DNA of 63,794 bases, counting the filler, from Lenisia limosa (Eukaryota > Protista > Breviatea), in assembly GCA_001655205.1 (NCBI GenBank). It is 16 parts of 16 records of this genome, joined end to end, with 100 filler letters (N's around TTAATTAATTAA, not from the genome) between each part and the next. Parts side by side here need not be neighbours in the genome. Positions count along the whole stretch, not along the records: positions 46,732 to 53,292 come from LPNZ01010758.1; positions 53,393 to 54,636 come from LPNZ01005489.1; positions 54,737 to 57,547 come from LPNZ01010151.1; positions 57,648 to 60,227 come from LPNZ01005368.1; positions 60,328 to 62,459 come from LPNZ01000067.1; 11 more parts are not named here. One strand, given 5' to 3'. Each line of letters begins with the position of its first letter. Within the stretch, counting starts at the first letter, position 1. The notes under the pieces were generated by a model. The model had not been told where the DNA came from and did no database searches. It saw only the letters and a program-made list of their open reading frames with translations. A program made the translations under genes and the position numbers. This document shows positions 50,585 through 62,335 of this stretch, in pieces.

Positions 50585-53292
50585 TTAGGCATTCAATAGC
50601 TGCTTGGGTGTTGAATGTTCTTCAACTGCCTCAACTTCATTTAAGGGCATCACTGCGAGGTTGTCGACTATCGTCTTTGGGGGTGATATTATAGGGGGAT
50701 GAAGTGGAGCCTCAGCCTGGACAGTGAAAATGACTGAACTACATCATTTAAAAACAGAGCAAGCAAAGGCAAACCTTTCGCTTCCTGTTTCCCTTTGATA
50801 TTGACTTTGTTTTGAGGTAGAGCCGCCGAGTGATCCTTTGAATCAGTTCTTTGTCCTTTTCAGAAATGATTGGGCTATTCCTGGAGTGGGGAAGTGGGTA
50901 AACCGCCACTGGGCTGAACTTATAGAGAGAATTAACAACAGCTAAACATTAGCAATACGAAATATTACCAACATAAATTAAATCTTACAGAATTCTTGTT
51001 TTAGCCTCGGCTGGGAGTGTGGCAGCCACTTTACAGGCACCGTACAAGGGAAACCCAGCGTTGGGATGAGGTCCCATTTCAGCTTCGTAGTATTCGGTCA
51101 TAATGGTAGAAGTGTCACCCTGAAAAATAGTGATACTGGAGGAGGATTAGTGATGACGGCAATGGTAATGAGAAATTATGCATTTCGTGATTTTTTTCCA
51201 TACTATTTCTGACTCCTTTCCATCCATTTGTGTTCACCTTACCCACAATTTTATCCCAGAATGCAGAGGATGAAGAGGCATCTGACGATAATAAATCCCC
51301 AAAATAAGCCTCAAAAACTTGAAAAGGCGTCTTGTCTTTAATTGGTATAAGGGACTCGTAAAGGTCTCGCATTAGATTCTTATCCTAGTAGGTTACGACA
51401 CTGTTGGGATGCAACACATATTATAACACAATCAAATGAGAGAAAAAAACATCCCGTCACTGTCACCAAATTTAGGATATTTAAATTGGATTCACCCAAT
51501 CTTAACCCATGCGTATATTTTCAATATTAGCCATAGTTGGAAACATAGATGGAGCACTGACAAACATTTTTATCATAAGTGTAACCTTGTGCAGCACATT
51601 CCGCAGCAACTTCACTTTGTTTCATTGACACAAGGCCGTTTAGTTGCTTGAAGATCACTGATCGAAGGACCTTCTAATTTGGTAAATCTCAAATTATACA
51701 TTCCAGAAATACTCCCACACCTTTCTGAAGCCATCTTTTGAAGGAGCAGATTTCTCGACAATGCTGGCCAAAATGTCATTGCCCATTTTGGCATCATTGA
51801 TAAGGCCTTGAATAACGTAGATAAGGCCGGAGTGCACAGGGTCTACGGGTACAAGGGTGGAACAGAAAGCGCTGATTGCCTCAAGATTCGCCGTTTTATT
51901 AATGAGGTCCGTTTTCATTTGGTGATACTATGGAGTGAAACATGATTATATTTCAGTCATACAGTTGAACAAATGACATACATATCAGCCAACATGATGA
52001 TACTACTACGATGTTGTTAACTATCAATATCCAATCCCTACCTTTGCCTCCTGGGGTGTTTGATCAGGGTCGGCTTCAAAGACACACAGTGGATCTTCCG
52101 CAATTTCAGCCAGAACTNNNNNNNNNNNNNNNNNNNNNNNNNNNNNNNNNNNNNNNNNNNNNNNNNNNNNNNNNNNNNNNNNNNNNNNNNNNNNNNNNNN
52201 NNNNNNNNNNNNNNNNNNNNNNNNNNNNNNNNNNNNNNNNNNNNNNNNNNTCGACTGCCGATACTCAACGATTTCTTTACCAGTTAAACAACCCAATGAC
52301 CAACCTGGTAAGTCGATATCTGGCAGCTCAACATCTGGTAGCGATGGTAGAGGAGGGATGGGGTAACCCACAGGTTCAACAAGCTCTTTTTCCATTGGCT
52401 ATCTGAGGAGGGGGGGGGGNNNNNNNNNNNNNNNNNNNNNNNNNNNNNNNNNNNNNNNNNNNNNNNNNNNNNNNNNNNNNNNNNNNNNNNNNNNNNNNNN
52501 NNNGTCAAAATTATGGCATATCACACACATGACACATCCCAAGGGCTTACAAGGGTAAAATAATAATATGGATATGATCTAAGATGTGAGGTGAGATCTC
52601 GGAATGCCTCCCCTCCCTTCGATATTTCTCAAAAAAAAAATTGTTATATTTTTATAATTGATTAATATTTAATGAATAAACACCGTGTCCTGCCTGTGCC
52701 TGTGTCAAAGACAAAGTCAATATTAATTTTGGTTAAAGTTCTGTTATTTTAACTACCAAGCATTGTAAATTTCAACATGATTTCAAAACAAAAAGCTATA
52801 ACAAGCTGCTTTATAGTTATATATTTGTTGGTAGTTTGTTCGTGCAGTAAGAAAACATAATTTGGTGGAAAAGCTGTGTAAATAATCCGGATTGCCACAA
52901 CTCCTCGCCATGGACACTTCTTGGTACAGCTACCTCCCCAAATGATAACATTTCAGGAAACCAGCAGTTGAAGAGTTCCATTCGCTTCGAAACGAATTCA
53001 CGTCATTCCTCTCTTTCAACAAGTTAAACACAGTTGCGCATCCCTTCTCTGAGGTGGGCTAACCTTCCTTTTTAAATTAAGAGTTTATTTTTCTAATACT
53101 TGAATATTAGACTTTGAATTTCCCCCCTTGAGCTTACCCGCCTTCTCTCTCCAGATCTTCACCTACGCTGGACCCACGACTCCCCAGGCCATTTCCACCC
53201 AAGATGACATCCTTGCCCCTACCAATGGTTTGGGGGAATTGTCAATAGCTCAACCTTTTTGAGGGAAAGTTGAAAAAGTGTTCATCGATCCT
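50585..53292 (-). CDS. Multi-exon protein of unknown function
   Basis: Exons PMEKELVEPVGYPIPPLP..., KTDLINKTANLEAISAFCSTLVPVDP..., GDTSTIMTEYYEAEMGPHPNAGFPLYGACK..., LPVAVYPLP...; probable stop TAA at 50585-50587. Confidence 0.55.
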
Positions 53293-53392
53293 NNNNNNNN
53301 NNNNNNNNNNNNNNNNNNNNNNNNNNNNNNNNNNNNTTAATTAATTAANNNNNNNNNNNNNNNNNNNNNNNNNNNNNNNNNNNNNNNNNNNN

Positions 53393-54636
53393 CGTCGATG
53401 AAGATGATAGAGGGCGCCACGTCGCGCGCAGTCGCGAACAGATCTCTGACCCGAGACGGACCAACGCCGACAAACATCTCAAGAAACTCCGAGCCTGATG
53501 ATCGTAAAGGTAATCAAGTTTGCCCTTTTCACGAATAACGGGAAGCAAACTTTGGCGGGGCTCTCTTCAATAAAAATTGGACGTTAAAAGTAGGGACAGG
53601 TGAATTGAGAATTAGTTTCAACATCATTATTTACCCTACCCTCCTCCCAATGAACCCCCTGACACACCAGCTATAGAGAACCCCAGTTAAGATTGATTAT
53701 TTGAGGAAAGAATTTCAGCTAGTAACTTACCAGCTAAAGAGAAGAACGGTACACTGGCCTCGCCTGCCACCTGGATCGAATAAGTGCAAAGTCATGTCTG
53801 CTTTTATGCTGATGAAACAAGAACATATTATAGCTTATGTGTATTTTGGGTGATAAGATAAAAATCTTCGCCTTAAATTTATGTTTTTGAGTGAAAGAAC
53901 GCAGGGATACCCCAGTAATATGGCCAGATGTTGGGGGAATTCAATCGGGCAAAGTTAGTTGGGCTTTTGGTATCTTTATCCAGGTATTTAATTGCATCCC
54001 CAGATTTTTAATTGCATCCCCAAGTATTTAATAGTTTCCACTCACCGCTTTGGCCAAAAGGGTCTTTCCAGTGCCTGGAGGTCCGNNNNNNNNNNNNNNN
54101 NNNNNNNNNNNNNNNNNNNNNNNNNNNNNNNNNNNNNNNNNNNNNNNNNNNNNNNNNNNNNNNNNNNNNNNNNNGCGGTTGCTATAATCTCTCTGGCTGA
54201 ACCAAAACCTAGTTCGAATCTTATACACATCATGATAACCAAAGTCAACCAAGCCCACCCACCCTCGGTACTTTGCCACCCAGTTTGCTGAATCTTGAAG
54301 GTTCCTTGAGGAAGTCAACTAACTCGCAGATTTCGCGCTTCGCCTGAATGGTGAGAAGTTGAGCAAGGAATTAATAATGGCAGTAAAACAAAGCTGTATC
54401 TGGCCGAAGCCGTATAAAGCCATCCCTCATTCATTCACTACTGCACACATATAGCATATCATATGATCTTATCGCATATCACTGAATTAAAGCAGAGTTA
54501 ACGCCACGCCTTATGATAGCTCAATGCCCATTATAACCAGTCAATGCTCCTTCTGGCCATTTCCCACCTCCTTCTGGCCGGCAACGTCTCGGAACTTGGT
54601 AGAAACCGTTTCGGGTTCAATTCGCCTTGCTGTGCT
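53393..54636 (-). CDS. AFG3: FtsH-family m-AAA protease, AFG3/paraplegin type, ATPase-domain exons
   Basis: [10 protein letters not shown]|[27 protein letters not shown]; [13 protein letters not shown]|[13 protein letters not shown]|[34 protein letters not shown]. Confidence 0.9.
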
Positions 54637-55469
54637 NNNNNNNNNNNNNNNNNNNNNNNNNNNNNNNNNNNNNNNNNNNNTTAATTAATTAANNNNNNNN
54701 NNNNNNNNNNNNNNNNNNNNNNNNNNNNNNNNNNNNCACTTACCCTATATAGACATACAAACCGGTCAACTTACCATATAGGGACATTCACAACCCATGG
54801 GAAGACTCTTCTTCAAGTAGTTGGTAAGCGTGATGTTGTAGACGGATTCGGTCAGATACCAGCTATTTTTTTTTGTTTGTTTTTTTCTCATCTTTATGCG
54901 AGGAGAGCTGCTTGTGGTGGGGGGGGGGGGGNNNNNNNNNNNNNNNNNNNNNNNNNNNNNNNNNNNNNNNNNNNNNNNNNNNNNNNNNNNNNNNNNNNNN
55001 NNNNNNNNNNNNNNNNNNNNNNNNNATTAGAGCTTCACTTCGATTCGAAAAAAAACCCAAAGTTCTCGATAAAAATTCGAAAAATATCGATATTTATCGA
55101 GAGTTATTGAGGATTTATCGATAAGCAAGGCCCTAACTCTAACCTTCAGTTCTTCAGAGGAGTCAGAAGAAGATGACACATTAGGGAATATCCACCCCAT
55201 ACAGGTCGGGTGGGGGGTGAAACGAAGGAAATTTCAATGAAGAATAGTGTCGTAAGGTACTCATCAAGAACCGAATAATCTGAACTACCAAATCGAGAAA
55301 TAAACTCTGAAATATCGCATCATAGTAAACGGGAAGTGGGAAAGTTATTTGAAAATAATAATAGAGGAAAAGAAATGCTGTTTTCAATTTTTCTAATAAG
55401 GAATCCTTCCTTCACTTTTTCAATATGGAATTTTCATCATGTTTTCATCCTGTTTTAATGATTTCAATA

Positions 55470-57237
55470 GGCATCCGACTGGTCCCTTCTCCACCCCCAA
55501 CCTTCGCGATCTATTACTCTCCAATCCAGGTGGGGGGGGGGGGTAAAACGNNNNNNNNNNNNNNNNNNNNNNNNNNNNNNNNNNNNNNNNNNNNNNNNNN
55601 NNNNNNNNNNNNNNNNNNNAAGGGGGGGGAGGGTAGCTCAATTGTTTTTAATTTAGGGTAAGATTAGGGCTTCACTTCGGTTCGAAAAAGACCGGCAAAA
55701 TGTCGATAGTTTTCGATGATTTATCGAGAAATTCAGTCTTTTTCTTTTGAACCGAAGTGAAGCCCTTGTTATGATAAATCATTATATCTAAGCATGATGA
55801 TGATTAAGGCTTCAGCCAGATACTATAACTCAATGTCTCTCAACCTTGTCTGATTTCTCCTCTCTTCTCGCTTTTCTAAATATCTCTAAGCGTGATGGTA
55901 TGAACAGCTTCGGCCAATCTTGCTCATTATCTACATTTTGTGACTTGAGAGTTAACGTCGTGTCACCCCTTTTAGGACCCCTTCAGTTTTGGCGCTCAGT
56001 GAGAAGAGATCCAAGTAGTAGGGTGTCGTATCACTAGGGTTTCACTTCGGTTCGAATAATACCGTTTAAATATCGATAGTTTTCGAGTATTTATCGAGAA
56101 ATTCTGTCTTTTTTCGAACCGAAGTAGCCCTAAGTATCACATATAGAGAGGGGGAGGCACGCAGAAAGCTGTGTGCACAGAGTTATAAGGCAAATGATTG
56201 AATATCATACTCTAATGCAACATCTCTTATAAGCGTGATGGTGTGGACAGCTTCGGCCAGATACAACCTTTTTTTTATTTCTCATTGCTACTATGTTAGG
56301 GTAATATGAAGAAATGAGTTTTTTTGACCCCGAGAAATAATATATTAAAAATCTAGGGGAAACAAATACATAGGGATACCATAAAATTACTATACTTCCG
56401 CAATCGGTGGTGTTTGCCCGAAACGACGATAATAAGAAATATTAGTGGTTATATGGAGAGTTGTCATCTAGTTTTAACGTTGGTTGCTCGTGTTTGTTAT
56501 TACTTGTGATTAGTACCTTTACGCCAATATTCTTCATCGAAATTTCCTTCTTTACTCACCCCGCCCCCCTCAGATCCCCTGTCAGGAGAGCTGAAAGTAA
56601 CGCATCTTTATCGTCCGAAATGGACGGTTGGGGGAGTTTGTAGAATGATTTCTGTTGGGTGTTTGTTGTGTACACTATCCGCCTGATCGAATGATCCGAG
56701 TTTCAATAGAGACTTAATGCTTTGTCTTTTCTGCAGGGAAATCGGATTTTGCCACTTTTTATAATTTGTTCAAACTTATCCCCATAACTACGTAGGAAAA
56801 ACTCCATCAGTTCGCACCAACAAGTCCAAGGACAGAGTGATGGTGGGCGAGGGCTTGGTTTTCTTGGGCTTGGCTTAGTTTCAATATACTATTTTGCTCC
56901 TCTCATTTTTCCAATCACATACATATGATATGTCACATTTCTCTAGGATTCACATTGATTCCAAAAAAAATAACTCAGATATCATTAGGTTTATTTTTTC
57001 TTATTTCTCCCGGAATCCAATCTTTATTTTCCGACGAGTTCTTTTTATTTCTTTCTCCAGTTTTCTCGTCTTTTATATTCTTTTTCTCATTTCTCCAGGA
57101 ATCACCTTTATCCTAAATTCTTTTATTTCTCAGATATCCGTAGATTCTTTTTCTTATTTCTCCAGGAATCAGGAGTTGAAGCTCCTGCCCCGCGACCGTC
57201 TCGCCTGGATTCCATCCTTTCATGGGCTGCTAAATTT
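55470..57237 (+). CDS. Several short exons of an unknown protein
   Basis: GT-AG bounded blocks IRLVPSPPPTFAIYYSPIQ, DPLSGELKVTHLYRPKWT, ESGVEAPAPRPSRLDSILSWAAKF. Confidence 0.45.
55665..55767. mobile_element. Family A MITE
   Basis: Near-consensus copy; others at 47838-47931, 55027-55135, 56035-56132, 57408-57508, 59949-60025, 61133-61230 and 63605-63689. Confidence 0.9.
56152..56292 (+). repeat. Family C dispersed repeat (type copy)
   Basis: GGAGGCACGCAGAAAGCTGTGTGCACAGAGTTATAAGGCAAATGATTG...CTCTTATAAGCGTGATGGTGTGGAC(A/G)GCTTCGGCCAGATACAACC-T-rich tail; about 19 full or partial copies. Confidence 0.9.
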
Positions 57238-58370
57238 GTGAGTCGTTGTTATTGCATCCCATAGCTCTTATAAGATGGTGCAGATGCTCTATAGCTAATC
57301 ACTATTGCATTAGTGTGATGGTGTGGATGTGTGGACATTGTAGTCTTTTATGCCTTCGCATTCTTCGGTTCCAAATGAGACTGAATTCGTGATAAATCCC
57401 TTCGTCTTAGGGCTTCACTTCGGTTCGAAAAAGTCTGGTAAAATATCTATAGTTTTCGAGGATTTATCGAGAAATTTGGTCTTTTTTTCGAAACGAAGTG
57501 AAGCCCAACTTCTTCTCTCACTGTCACACCCCTTCCCCAAATCCCCCNNNNNNNNNNNNNNNNNNNNNNNNNNNNNNNNNNNNNNNNNNNNTTAATTAAT
57601 TAANNNNNNNNNNNNNNNNNNNNNNNNNNNNNNNNNNNNNNNNNNNNTTCCTCGACTACCATTTGCATTCCTCTGTATAAAAATGCATTGAACAGACAAT
57701 AGTTTTTTTTGGTGTGCTTTTAATACTTCACGTTGTAATTTCACAATGTCTTTTCGACCAAGACGAGGCAAGAATACGAATAAAAGGCAGACTGGTGGCA
57801 AGGTTTGTTTGGTGTTATTCCAGGAGGTTTTTGGGTTGTTTTTTTATCTCAGAGTTCTTCACTATTCATCTTTTTCTGGTTGTTTTTATTATTGATTTAT
57901 ATACAATATATTCGATGATATTATACATGCACACACAAACGCACATAAACGCACACAACCACACACACAGTATTTATATTTATATTTATATATCATATAT
58001 AAATAATTTAGTATTATTTAGATAAAGCAGGGCGGCCAACAACGAGATCTACTACGCTATACATTACATTCATCCTTGTAACGGAACTCTTTCCAATTTC
58101 CAATTAATTATTGCACCAAACAATTCAAAATTAACTAAAAAATCCTACTTGCCCCCCCCCCCCTCCNNNNNNNNNNNNNNNNNNNNNNNNNNNNNNNNNN
58201 NNNNNNNNNNNNNNNNNNNNNNNNNNNNNNNNNNNNNNNNNNNNNNNNNNNNNNNNNNNNNNNNNNNNNNNNNNNNNNNNNNNNNNNNNNNNNNNNNNNN
58301 NNNNNNNNNNNNNNNNNNNNNNNNNNNNNNNNNNNNNNNNNNNNNNNNNNNNNNNNNNCCTAGCCCCCAC

Positions 58371-59460
58371 CCTGCCAACCGTGCTTCTGAAACTCCAAGA
58401 CGCTTCGGGCTATTCCTCCACTTTGAACCCAAGAAAGCAGCAGAACTGTCGCTAGGTGGGCTTTGTTGGCCTTCTCGTTGGAAAGGAAAGCGGTAAAGGC
58501 TTGAGCCAACTATGGGGGAGGGGGGTGACAATTGGAAAATCTATGAAACAAAAAAAGCTCAAAGGGTTGAAAACAACAAAACAAACAAAGTCCGGGCAAG
58601 TCACTTCTGCAGCACCGCATCCCATCACGGGGGTGAAACGAAGGAAATTTCGATGAAGAATATTGCTGAAAAAGCCTGAAACCCAAAACAAAACAAAAAC
58701 ACAAGCAATAACAAAAATTAGCAACGCCATGGTGGGGGGCAAAAGTGAACAAATTATTGAAGCTTGAGGACGAAAGAAAAATTAACAAAAAGGAACAACA
58801 AGAACAAAAAAAAAGCTACAAAAAACAAAATCTTGGCCAACCTGAGGATCGAACTCATCACCAACGCTCCGTTCAGCCCATGCCATTTCCAAAGCTTCCG
58901 GGAGGGAGTTGGGCCGATTTCGAATCATGACTAGGTTGGTCTCCCTTCAATGTCAGAAGAGGCAAAAGTGGAGGTTGAATTTTGGAACCCAAAAAGGTCC
59001 ATTTAAAAAAACTTTATAATCAGCACTTCAAGTGAAGCAAAAATAAAATTTTAAAGGAATGCTGATTAATTAAAGTCTAGGGCAGTTGAATAATTATTAA
59101 TTGAATAAAACAATACAATGGTAAACTTAATAAAAATGAGTGATAGAGAAGGACTTCACTCCGCTCCAGAAAATTACTGAATTACTAAAAAATAATCATC
59201 GAAATATTTGGATCATTTACCGATCATTTACCGATCATCATATAACGCTAGCTTCACTTTTGATTCCGAAACACCTGTAAAATATGGATACTTATCAAGG
59301 ATTGATCGAGAATTCAATCTTTTTTTGAAGCTCTGTATAATACCATAAAACAACTGCAATACACACACCAACAACAACCAGGCCCACTTTAAGGGCATCT
59401 GAGACGCTTCCAACACAAGGGACCATACTGCCATGAACATATGTACTGGGGGCCCTTGTG
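58371..59460 (-). CDS. Exons of an unknown protein
   Basis: MIRNRPNSLPEALEMAWAERSVGDEFDPQ|LAQAFTAFLSNEKANKAHLATVLLLSWVQ (phase 0 junction). Confidence 0.5.
58512..58640 (-). repeat. Family B module preceded by the B2 sub-module
   Basis: Ends at acceptor cccccatag (58510-58511); upstream AATATTCTTCATCGAAATTTCCTTCGTTTCACCCCC. Confidence 0.85.
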
Positions 59461-60071
59461 TGATCAGCTGAAATTGGTCAGTTTGTCACTTGTGCATTAT
59501 ATTTTCAAAAAATAATGTCAGCAACCAAAAATAAACATGGTAAATGGCAACGTTTGGTCGTGTTTTAGAAGATTTAGACCTCTACAATCCTTCAATTTAT
59601 TGTAGCACCATGTCACATTTTCACTTTTATTTTAAAACAAAAAAGTAAAAAACGATACGATTACACGATTTGTTAAGCACTCGATAAAAACTGCTATTCT
59701 ATTCTTTGGAAGTGAAAGGGAAGCTTTGGGAGTCACACTATCCCCGTACAGTAGTTAAATTATCCATATTTCCAATCCCCGTACCCCCCGTACAGTAGTT
59801 ATTTACACCATCCCACTTACAGTAGTTACATTCCGTAGACTCTCGTCTCCCGAGGTGAGCCACCATGTATGGTCCACAGCGCTGTAGATGTGAGGGGAGG
59901 GGAGGGGGGCACATACAAAGAATACCCCCTTCCATAAAGAATATTACTAGGGCTTCACTTTGGTTAGACAAAAAAAAGACTGAATTTCTCGATAAATCCT
60001 CGAAAACTATCGATATTTTACTGGTAGTTTTCCACACTCACATAATATTCTTTTGTGTTATAGGGAAAAGT

Positions 60072-60227
60072 AATATTATATTTTGTGTATGTGTGTATAA
60101 TATGTGTGTATGTGTGGGTGTAATATCAGTAAAAGAGGAACGTAAACAACGATAGCAAAAACGAGTGTTTAATTGTAATACCCACACATACACACATATT
60201 ATACACATATACACAAAATATAATATT
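60072..60227. repeat. 48-bp inverted repeat with 60-nt spacer
   Basis: 60072-60119 vs 60180-60227: 47/48 complementary. Confidence 0.9.
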
Positions 60228-60489
60228 NNNNNNNNNNNNNNNNNNNNNNNNNNNNNNNNNNNNNNNNNNNNTTAATTAATTAANNNNNNNNNNNNNNNNN
60301 NNNNNNNNNNNNNNNNNNNNNNNNNNNGTCAAGAAAAGGACTTAGGATGGTATGATGGGGTGGACGGCTTTGACAGGAAACTTCTTTTTTTTTTCTTATT
60401 ATTATATTAACTTGTCCTTTGCCTTTTTTTTTCTCGAGCCGCTGACTGTGTTATATAATATGATATGACCTATAATGTAATTTTCCTTG

Positions 60490-60605
60490 AGTTGTAAGGC
60501 AAATGATTGGGTGACTTCATATTTTACATTATCGCTTATAAGCGTGATGGTGTGGATGGCTTTGGCCAGATACAACCTTGTTTTATTAACTTTTCTCATT
60601 GCGAT
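60490..60605 (+). repeat. Family C copy
   Basis: GAGTTGTAAGGCAAATGATTGGGTGA...AAGCGTGATGGTGTGGATGGCTTTGGCCAGATACAACC. Confidence 0.85.
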
Positions 60606-60712
60606 ATATTGTATAATATAAGGGGATCGAATTATCTTGACTTCATGTAGCCTGGAAAGATCCATGAAATCACGGTCAAATTCCATGATACAAATTGGGA
60701 GAGGTATTAGGG

Positions 60713-60882
60713 GGTTTCAGTGTTGTTTTGTGGAGCTTGTGGAGGGTTTCAGTGTTGTTTTGTGGAGGGTTTCAGTGTTGTTTTGTGGAGAACGTTTCAG
60801 TGTTGTTTGTGGAGCGTTTCAGTGTTGTTTTGTGGAGCGTTTCAGTGTTGTTTTGTGGAGCGTTTCAGTGTTGTTTTGTGGA
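60713..60882. repeat. 23-bp minisatellite x7
   Basis: Unit (C/G)GTTTCAGTGTTGTTTTGTGGAG, essentially without spacers. Confidence 0.95.
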
Positions 60883-61249
60883 GGTATTTTTCTTTAAATG
60901 GGATCCATGCAATTAATTGAATAATTAATTACAAATTTTGAAGTGTGACATATTGGAATGGGAACTCCATTTCAGACACTTTAATTTCAAATTTTGTCAA
61001 TTCCTTCAAAAAATTAATTACACGGAGCCCTGCTTTTAATCAATTTTCTATTTTCACCCTCCCTAGACAAAGATGGCACATTTCTAGCAAGTCTCTCGCT
61101 GAAATCCTGAAAACTCAAGTTGGGAGGGGTGGTAGGATTTCACTTCGGTTCGAAAAAGAACACTGAAATATTGATAGTTTTCGAGGATTTATCGAGAACT
61201 TCAGTCTTTTTTCAAACCGAAATGAAGCCAGAGGGTGGGGGGGGGAGAA

Positions 61250-62335
61250 CTTCTATTTGTCGCGTAAATTCCCGCAATATTGCCGTTTTTGATGGTTTCT
61301 TCGGGCAATATGGGGTAATCTGGTTCCTTCTACACGATGAGGGGTGTACCAGGTATAGTCGTGAAATCCGCGAAAATTTTCGATATTTCGGAAAAAACTT
61401 GCATCGGGAATGAAATAGGTGGTTTAGCTTTCGGCTACGGTCATACTCTGGGGGTCATCGCGCATCCCGTCCGCTCTGCGAACGCAAGCCCCAGCAGGCC
61501 TTGGTAGTACTGACGTCGGAGACGAGTCGGGAAGGCAGGGTACTGTAGTTTTTTTCTTCTTTTTTCTCTTTCTTTTTTTCTTTTTTTCTCTCGCTTTTTG
61601 CCTAAATTTTGAATATAATTTATATACATACATATTGTTTCAAAATATATGTTTTTATGATTCTTAGTACGATAGGTTTGACCGATTTGCAATATAGGTC
61701 AAGACTTCTACATATGTCATATACTGTATTGTCTTATCCCTCTCTCACCTTTTTCTTTAAACTTATTCAAAAAAACCTGTCATCCTCCTGGCCATCTCAT
61801 CTATCAGGTATTCAACCGAGTATTCCCAAATTGGAACGGTGAGAGAGGAGGATTCTATGGTGAAAGAAATATCAATTAGTGAGTCTCAAAATCGTCATTT
61901 TCTCTGCGATGGGGAGGGGGGGACATGTTGAAGTTAAGTGTCTTCTTCGGGTGTTGAGGAATTCTGTTATTAGTTCAATGCATCTTTTTCTTATTGTCCA
62001 AAAGAGGTACAGTGACTGCGATAAGTCACCATGTGATTGACTAACAATGAGTGTCAAGGCTTATCCCGGTCACAGTATATATGATTATGATTATTCATTT
62101 GTATCTCCCCCACACACACATTTTCATTAAATATATACAAACAAACACATTGATGACACAAAACGAGACAAGAAGACCGAAAAACATTCAAGAATAGCCA
62201 AAAACACCACCACCACCGCTACATTGTCTTATCCGGGCCTAACAGTGGACCCCTTTCGAATAGTCCCACGTAGAGAGCCGCCGGCTCCGCGGAGCCCTTT
62301 TGGAGGTTCCTCATCTGGAACTGGCGTTTTTCTGG
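61250..62335 (-). CDS. Exons of an unknown protein
   Basis: YPAFPTRLRRQYYQGLLGLAFAERTGCAMTPR exon with AG/GT boundaries, plus flanking GC-rich blocks. Confidence 0.4.

Noticed and set aside
50220-53050. Stop-codon reassignment (in-frame TAG/TAA at ~52397, ~52930, ~50585)
   Set aside because: These are explained by an alternative acceptor, a donor or a true gene end. Conserved genes use CAA/CAG for Gln, and TAG ends several ORFs.
25057-54636. Functional gene cluster (IFT172, WDR44, START, AFG3)
   Set aside because: The genes lie on different scaffolds joined artificially, so adjacency is meaningless.
56225-56265. tRNA gene or tRNA-derived head in family C
   Set aside because: Only weak A/B-box resemblance, and no cloverleaf could be drawn.
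60713-60882. CRISPR array
   Set aside because: 23-bp units are contiguous with no unique spacers, there are no cas genes, and the context is eukaryotic; it is a minisatellite.
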